30,278 nt of DNA, taken from an uncultured Dehalococcoidales bacterium (GTDB lineage Bacteria; Chloroflexota; Dehalococcoidia; Dehalococcoidales; W498). This document shows, in pieces, positions 24,384-30,278 of this stretch. A program made the position numbers and the translations under genes. Where the stretch lies: assembly GCA_964566845.1 (NCBI GenBank), contig CAZMJZ010000001.1:1-30278 (forward strand). Direction: 5' to 3'. The notes under the pieces are model-generated. The model saw nothing but the letters and a program-made list of their open reading frames with translations, was not told the origin of the DNA and ran no database searches. Numbering within the stretch: the first letter of the stretch is position 1; each line of letters opens with the position of its first letter.

Positions 24384-26783
24384 ATGAAGGTTCCACTTAA
24401 ATGGCTTCAGGAACATATAGATATTACTATTCCTGTGCCTGATTTAGCTAATAGACTGACCATGGCTGGCATTGAGGTCGGGGGAAGGCAGGTTGTTGGT
24501 GGGAATTGGCAGAATATCGTTGTCGGTCAAATAATAGCTATCAGTCCTCATCCTAATGCCGACCGCCTTACTTTACCTACTATAGATTTAGGCACAGAAC
24601 GGCACACAGTTGTTACTGGAGCACCCAATATCAAAGTTGGTGATAAGGTAGCCTTTGCCTATGTTGGGGCTGAGCTCGTAGACGGGCATAGTGGGCAAGT
24701 ATTCCGCTTGAAGTCAGCTAAGATTCGTGGTGTTGTATCTAATGGTATGGTTTGCTCGGAGAAGGAGTTGGGCATCTCTGATAGCCATGAAGGAATTATG
24801 GTTTTGCCAACGGAGGCACCAGTAAGTGCCCTGCTGGCTGATTACTTAGGTGATGTTATTTTTGACTTAGAAATAACCCCTAACCGCCCCGATTGCCTGT
24901 CCATCATTGGAATAACTAGAGAGATTAGCGCTCTGACCGGGCAAGATTTACATCTGCCTCAGGTCAGCTATGAGGAATCGACATCCCCTATATACCAGCA
25001 AATATCAATAGAAATTGTGGCTCCTGACCTGTGTCCCAGGTATTGCGCCAGTTTAATTACCGGGGTAAAGATAGCTGAATCTCCAAAGTGGATACAGCAA
25101 CGGCTTTTAGCTTGTGGCATGCGCCCCATAAATAATATTGTCGATGTCACCAACTATGTCATGCTGGAATATGGACAGCCCCTCCACGCTTTTGACTATC
25201 ACCTAATTAGAGATAAGAAAATAATTGTTCGCCGGGCTACTGATAGCGAAGCTATCGTTACTCTGGATGGAGTAGAGCGGGTTCTTTCTAAGAATATGCT
25301 GGTTATTGCTGATAAAGAAAGAGCGGTGGCTATCGCTGGCGTCATGGGTGGTGCTAATAGCGAGGTGAGTGAGCAGACTACCTCAATACTGCTAGAATCA
25401 GCTAATTTCAATCCAGCCAGTATTCATTATACCGGTAGAACCCTACGCTTACCCAGTGAAGCCTGTATGCGATTTGAGAGAGGAATTCGCCCTGAGCTTA
25501 CTTTGCCAGCCATTAAACGGGCTACTCAGTTGATAATCCAGCTAGCCGGCGGTGAAGCAGCTAAGGGCTTGGCTGACATTTATCCCGGCAAGTTAGAGCA
25601 GAAGCCCATCTTGCTGTCAACCAGCCATGTAAGCAGGGTATTAGGTGTTAAGTTTAGTCTTGACCAGATAGTGAGCGCGCTGACTTCCCTGGGCTTTGAC
25701 TGCAAGACAAAAGAATCAGAAGTTTGGGTTACCGCTCCTTATTGGCGAAGCGATATACATCAGGCGGTTGACCTTATTGAAGAGGTAGCTCGTATTACTG
25801 GCTATGATAAGATCCCAGCTACTATGCTCAGTCAACCACTGCCCAGACAAAATCCAAAGCCTATTCTTAGCCTTAAGCAGAAGGTGAGGCGTAGCCTCAT
25901 CGGTTATGGTTTCCAGGAGATTATTACCTATTCATTAACCAGCCTTGAAATACTAAATAAGCTATTACCTGAATCTCATACCCTTGAACCTATGCCCCTT
26001 CGTGTGGCTAATCCGATGACTGCTGACCAAGAGTATCTTCGCCCCAACCTACGAGCTAACCTTCTAGCTGTCCTCTGTGCCAATCGGAGACATGAGGACG
26101 GTGGTATTAGGCTTTTTGAGCTGGGCAGAGTATATCTACCTGGACAGAATAACTTGCCTGAGGAACCTGAGGTGCTGTGCGGCATATTAAGCGGACCCAG
26201 ACTTGAAAAATCGTGGCACAGTGGGAGCGAATTACTTGATTTCTTTGATGCTAAGGGGGTGATGGAAGGCTTACTTAACCAGTTAGGCGTGGAGTCTAGC
26301 TTTGAAGAAAGCTCGGATGAAAGTCTGCACCAAAGCAAACAGGCAGCTATAGTTATAAACGGTAACAAAATGGGCGTTGTCGGTGAGCTAAACCCTAAAG
26401 TTACACAGGCTTTTGAGATTGGTGATACTGTCTGTCTATTTGAAATTAACCTGACAGCCCTTTTACCTTTTACAACTAGTTATAAGATATTCCAGCCGAT
26501 ACCCCGCTTTCCTGCTATACTTAGGGATTTGGCTCTGGTGGTTGATACCAGAATAACCCATCAGAAAGTGCAAAATATTGTTAAAAGCTTCCCATTAGTG
26601 AGCGAGGTTAGTATATTTGATGTCTATTCTGGCGAACAGGTGCCACCGGGTAAAAAATCGCTCGCCTATAGAATTACCTTTCAATTACCATCTCATACCC
26701 TGACCGATGAAGAGGTCAATAGGGTTCAAGAACAAATCCTGGATAAGCTATCCAGCGAGCTTGGGGCTACTCTACGTAGCTAA
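24384..26783 (+). CDS. pheT: Phenylalanine--tRNA ligase beta subunit
   Basis: HPNADRL, ITPNRPDCLS, NNIVDVTNY and RFERG motifs; FDX-ACB C-terminus. Confidence 0.97.
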   Translation: MKVPLKWLQEHIDITIPVPDLANRLTMAGIEVGGRQVVGGNWQNIVVGQIIAISPHPNADRLTLPTIDLGTERHTVVTGAPNIKVGDKVAFAYVGAELVDGHSGQVFRLKSAKIRGVVSNGMVCSEKELGISDSHEGIMVLPTEAPVSALLADYLGDVIFDLEITPNRPDCLSIIGITREISALTGQDLHLPQVSYEESTSPIYQQISIEIVAPDLCPRYCASLITGVKIAESPKWIQQRLLACGMRPINNIVDVTNYVMLEYGQPLHAFDYHLIRDKKIIVRRATDSEAIVTLDGVERVLSKNMLVIADKERAVAIAGVMGGANSEVSEQTTSILLESANFNPASIHYTGRTLRLPSEACMRFERGIRPELTLPAIKRATQLIIQLAGGEAAKGLADIYPGKLEQKPILLSTSHVSRVLGVKFSLDQIVSALTSLGFDCKTKESEVWVTAPYWRSDIHQAVDLIEEVARITGYDKIPATMLSQPLPRQNPKPILSLKQKVRRSLIGYGFQEIITYSLTSLEILNKLLPESHTLEPMPLRVANPMTADQEYLRPNLRANLLAVLCANRRHEDGGIRLFELGRVYLPGQNNLPEEPEVLCGILSGPRLEKSWHSGSELLDFFDAKGVMEGLLNQLGVESSFEESSDESLHQSKQAAIVINGNKMGVVGELNPKVTQAFEIGDTVCLFEINLTALLPFTTSYKIFQPIPRFPAILRDLALVVDTRITHQKVQNIVKSFPLVSEVSIFDVYSGEQVPPGKKSLAYRITFQLPSHTLTDEEVNRVQEQILDKLSSELGATLRS

Positions 26784-26834
26784 TGTTAGCCTGCTGCTAC
26801 ATGCTAAAGAGGAAGTGAAGGAAAAATAGGATTT

Positions 26835-27134
26835 ATGATTGAGGTAAAGAAAAAAGGGAAAGATGAAGAATTCAGTTTTGATGATTTAGAGCTATATCAT
26901 CAGGAATGTTCTGGTGGAAAGGTTAAAGATAACACTGAGTCAACTTTATCATTTCTACGTGGCTATAATTTGACTTGCCAAAGATGTAAATGCGAGAGAG
27001 AAATAGACATTGGAATTGAGTCAATTGTGATTATTAAAACAGCAATTGATGCAGAGGAAAGGGAAATCGAGCTAAATAAAGCTCCCTATGTCAATCAACC
27101 AAATAATGTTATTAGAATAGTTCAGAAGAGCTGA
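26835..27134 (+). CDS. Hypothetical protein, possible zinc ribbon
   Basis: AGGA RBS; HxxC ... CxxC (HQECSGG, LTCQRCKC). Confidence 0.55.
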   Translation: MIEVKKKGKDEEFSFDDLELYHQECSGGKVKDNTESTLSFLRGYNLTCQRCKCEREIDIGIESIVIIKTAIDAEEREIELNKAPYVNQPNNVIRIVQKS

Positions 27135-27210
27135 ATCTGAGATGGGAGGTAAAATGGTGCTAGGTCTGTTTTTCTAGCAACGATAAAAATACTGAAAGAG
27201 AGCTAAAATG

Positions 27211-27386
27211 GGGGCAAAGCCTCTCATACATAACCAATTTTCTCTGGTCTGTATAGGGAAGATTGAAGGGGCTTCGCCACTTCAAAAACTATCCTTCCCC
27301 CTCCCTTGCAAGGGAGGGCGCAGACTCGACTCTTAGAGAGGATAAAGGGAGTAGGTTGCTAACAAATATCTAAGGGGGTGAGGTAG
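27211..27386. repeat. Composite REP-like palindromes between convergent genes
   Basis: TTGAAG-GGGCTTCGCCA-CTTCAA hairpin (27263-27285); perfect 20-bp palindrome at 27299-27318; degenerate GGGGCAAAGCCTCT and AAGGG(A/G)GT(G)AGGT copies. Confidence 0.65.
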
Positions 27387-27390
27387 GTAG

Positions 27391-29088
27391 CTAATCCCTA
27401 ATAAGCTCCTTGAGCCTTTCGGCTATCCCCTCTAAAGGCAGAAGCTGAGATTCTTTTTCGGAGCGTCTTTTTATCTCTACGCTATTAGTCTTCAGGGTTC
27501 GTGGGCTGATGGTAACCCGGATAGGTATCCCCAACAAGTCGGCATCATTGAATTTTACCCCCGGTGATTCCTTACGGTCGTCAAGAAGCACCTCTAAACC
27601 CTGTGCCTCAAGGTCAGCATACAGGTTTTCAGCCGTAGCCGCCACCTGAGGATTTTCCAGATATAAGGGGCAAAGATAGATATGATACGGGGCAATAGCT
27701 AATGTCCAGATAATGCCTTTATCATCATGGTTCTGTTCTATAGCTGATGCCAGCAACCTACCTAGACCAATACCATAACACCCCATAACGATGGGGTGAG
27801 ATACGCCATTTGGGTCAACAAAAAATGCCCCCAGTCTCTCACTAAGGAAGGTGCCAAGCTTGAAGATATGCCCCACCTCAATGCCGTGGGTAGATGATAA
27901 TTTGCCACCACACTTAGGGCATCCTTCCCCAGCCTGAGCCCGGGCTATGTCAGCCACAATATCAGACTTAAAATCCCGAGGGTAGTTAACATTCCTAAGA
28001 TGAGTATCCGGTTTGTTGCCGCCAGCAACAAGGTTTGTTCCTGAGGTTATTGAATTATCGCCAGCAACCTTTATGCCACTTATACCTATCGGAGACGCTG
28101 AGCCAGCTACTATACCTGCTTCTATAACCTCTGCTTCGCTAGCCAGGCGAAGTTCAATACAGTGCAGAACATTTTTTAACTTCACCTCATTTACCTCAAT
28201 GTCACCTCTAATGACCACAAAGACTAGCTTGCCATCAGCAACATAGAATACAGCTTTAAGGGTATGGCTTTGGGGCACCTTCAGGAAATTTGATACCTCC
28301 TCAATAGTATAAAACCCTGGTGTGGCCACCTCTTCCAGAGGTAGTGGCTCCTTATCTTCTATTTTGCTTTTAATACTTTGAGCCTTCTCCTCATTAGCCG
28401 CATATTTACAGTTGTTACAATAGATAATTTCATCCTCACCAGTCTCGGTAATAACCATAAACTCGTGGGAATCCTTACCACCGATAGCGCCACTATCAGC
28501 TTCAACTAGGATGGCAGATAGCCCACAGCGTCTATATATATTTTGGTACGCTTGGAGCATCTTTTCGTAGCTTTGGCTCAGTCCATCTTCATCAGTATCA
28601 AAGCTATAGAGGTCCTTCATAGTAAACTCACGAACCCTTATCAGCCCAGCTCTGGGGCGAGGCTCATCACGGAACTTAGTCTGGATTTGATACAGAAGTA
28701 GAGGCAGGTCACGATAGCTTTTGACATTGTGACTTACCAGTTGAGTGATGACTTCTTCATGGGTTGGTCCCAGGACTAACTTACGGTCTCTGCGGTCGGA
28801 GAGGATAAACAGCCCTTTGCCAAAAGCCAGGTCCCGCCCTGTTTCCTGCCATATCTCCAGAGGCTGAAGAACAGGCATCATTAGCTCTTGTCCACCGGCT
28901 TTGTCCATCTCCTCCCGGATTATATTCTCTATTTTTTTAAGCACCCTCCAGGCTAAAGGCAGATAGGAATAGACACCTGCGGCTACCTGGTGTATCATCC
29001 CTGCTTTTATTAGTAGCTGGTGGCTAACCGTTTCTGCCTCAGCCGGCACCTCTCTTTGTGTCTTACCAAATAACTCTGATATACGCAT
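27391..29088 (-). CDS. proS: Proline--tRNA ligase (bacterial type with editing insertion)
   Basis: LGPTHEE, KFRDEPRPRAGLIRVREF, EVGHIFKLG and MGCYGIG motifs. Confidence 0.97.
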   Translation of the reverse strand: MRISELFGKTQREVPAEAETVSHQLLIKAGMIHQVAAGVYSYLPLAWRVLKKIENIIREEMDKAGGQELMMPVLQPLEIWQETGRDLAFGKGLFILSDRRDRKLVLGPTHEEVITQLVSHNVKSYRDLPLLLYQIQTKFRDEPRPRAGLIRVREFTMKDLYSFDTDEDGLSQSYEKMLQAYQNIYRRCGLSAILVEADSGAIGGKDSHEFMVITETGEDEIIYCNNCKYAANEEKAQSIKSKIEDKEPLPLEEVATPGFYTIEEVSNFLKVPQSHTLKAVFYVADGKLVFVVIRGDIEVNEVKLKNVLHCIELRLASEAEVIEAGIVAGSASPIGISGIKVAGDNSITSGTNLVAGGNKPDTHLRNVNYPRDFKSDIVADIARAQAGEGCPKCGGKLSSTHGIEVGHIFKLGTFLSERLGAFFVDPNGVSHPIVMGCYGIGLGRLLASAIEQNHDDKGIIWTLAIAPYHIYLCPLYLENPQVAATAENLYADLEAQGLEVLLDDRKESPGVKFNDADLLGIPIRVTISPRTLKTNSVEIKRRSEKESQLLPLEGIAERLKELIRD

Positions 29089-29149
29089 TTGCCTGTTTTT
29101 AAAAAGAGTCGCTGAGCCTTTTAAGTCTAGTTAGCTTATGTTTTTAGCT

Positions 29150-29581
29150 TTACCAATTCTTAATAAGTTTACCTTCCTTGTCTTTCATATTTCCGGAAAC
29201 GGCATATATGAAGTCGATGAGAGCCCAAATTCCTACTGCTAGAAGAAATAGAAAGCCCAGTCCCCACAGCCAGAAAGTCGCAAGGTACAATATGCCTAAG
29301 ACAAGCATCCCGACTGCGGTTCCAGTCTTCTCCAGGTAGAATCGATGAGCACCAAAAATTCCAAGGAACCAAGCCAGTAAAGTAGTAGCAAGTCTGGATT
29401 TTGGCGAAAATTCCTCTGTTTTTGCCAGTCCTGCTCCGCACTTTATACATATTTCAGCCAGGGCATCTGTGGGAGTACCACATGCCTGACAGAAGCTGTG
29501 CCCGGCTAAAGGCTTGGCTCCACAGCCCATGCAAATTTCTGGCGTTCCTAACAGTTCTTTACCACAGTTTCTACAAAACAT
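29150..29581 (-). CDS. Double zinc-ribbon + TM2 domain protein, paralogue 1
   Basis: Four CxxC pairs then KSRLATTLLAWFLGIFGAHRFYL; GGAGG RBS before ATG 29581. Confidence 0.88.
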   Translation of the reverse strand: MFCRNCGKELLGTPEICMGCGAKPLAGHSFCQACGTPTDALAEICIKCGAGLAKTEEFSPKSRLATTLLAWFLGIFGAHRFYLEKTGTAVGMLVLGILYLATFWLWGLGFLFLLAVGIWALIDFIYAVSGNMKDKEGKLIKNW

Positions 29582-29650
29582 GAATGCCTCCATTCCATCA
29601 GAAAGTGTTGCAAGGTATCTCTTGAGTCTAATTAAATTATGTTCATAGCT

Positions 29651-30031
29651 TTACCAATTCTTAATAGGTTTGCCTTCCTTATCCTTCATGTTTCCTGAAA
29701 CAGCAATTATAAAGTCGATGAGTGCCCAGATTCCCAATCCACCTAAGGTAAAAAGCATAGCAATTGCTGTACCAATCTTGCCTAGATAAAATCTATGTGC
29801 ACCGAACTCTCCGAGAAACCAAGCCAACAAGGTGGTAGCAAGTCTTGATTTTGGCGAAAATTCCTCTGTTTTTGCCAGTCCTGCTCCGCACTTTATACAT
29901 ATTTCAGCCAGGGCATCTGTGGGAGTACCACATGCCTGACAGAAGCTGTGCCCGGTTAAAGGCTTGGCGCCACAGCCAACACAAATTTCTGGCGTTCCTA
30001 ACAGTTCTTTACCACAGTTTCTACAAAACAT
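29651..30031 (-). CDS. Double zinc-ribbon + TM2 domain protein, paralogue 2
   Basis: Same architecture; AAGGAGG RBS. Confidence 0.9.
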   Translation of the reverse strand: MFCRNCGKELLGTPEICVGCGAKPLTGHSFCQACGTPTDALAEICIKCGAGLAKTEEFSPKSRLATTLLAWFLGEFGAHRFYLGKIGTAIAMLFTLGGLGIWALIDFIIAVSGNMKDKEGKPIKNW

Positions 30032-30123
30032 TTTAACCTCCTTTTTATAAAGTGCTTGCAGTATGCCGCTTAAACCTATTCAGCTTCCTGACTCGCCCAA
30101 AACAGAGTATAGTTTAAGCCTGG

Positions 30124-30278
30124 CTATTTAAATTCCCGCTTTGACATTGCTATGAAAATAATAGCAGGAATTGCTAAAATCCATATAGAGGGGAATGAGC
30201 AAATAGCCCCAGCAAGCGCCATCCCCCATACTCTTCTTCTAAGGGCAAAGATACCACCTATTATCGCTACTATCCCGA
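30124..30278 (-). CDS. 3' end of a membrane protein (truncated by window edge)
   Basis: GIVAIIGGIFALRRRVWGMALAGAICSF...IIFIAMSKREFK followed by TAG. Confidence 0.7.
   Translation of the reverse strand, partial: GIVAIIGGIFALRRRVWGMALAGAICSFPSIWILAIPAIIFIAMSKREFK

Noticed and set aside
371-30036. Many antisense or alternative-frame ORFs in the track (e.g. 371-736, 4129-4368, 5574-5984, 7728-8594, 11894-12337, 13781-14251, 22690-23028, 25976-26368)
   Set aside because: They shadow genes with clear family motifs and lack RBS or motifs of their own.
1-30278. CRISPR array or rRNA
   Set aside because: No regularly spaced repeat-spacer units and no rRNA-like sequence seen.

Overview
The window has three parts. 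It probably comes from an anaerobic Dehalococcoidia (Chloroflexota); this is inferred from protein style and repeat types and was not searched. (1) 1-4050, accessory region: an intact IS3 element, five short co-oriented hypothetical/membrane genes, a displaced tmRNA/tRNA-like 3' end with a terminator, and a repeat array beside a winged-helix gene remnant. (2) 4038-13624, selenium locus: fdhD; selD, a selenoprotein whose N-terminus (in-frame UGA plus SECIS) is missed by the ORF track; selA, selB and tRNA-Sec; and a divergent LysR / yedE-DUF3343 fusion-ribokinase-fold-tusA operon running toward selC. It is followed (13789-18430) by gene debris (cobN-like, IS110, serpin-like), small orphans, repeats and a second tRNA-like 3' scar. 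(3) 18458-30278, mostly core genes: MFS, thrS-infC-rpmI-rplT-(lipoprotein)-pheS-pheT, proS, and tandem zinc-ribbon/TM2 paralogues. The best candidate for an undescribed system is the Se-associated operon, especially its ribokinase-fold enzyme and the DUF3343 protein with an extra IscU/SufE-like Cys domain, sitting next to a SelD with Asn at a normally invariant Asp. All family assignments are from motif recognition, not database searches.
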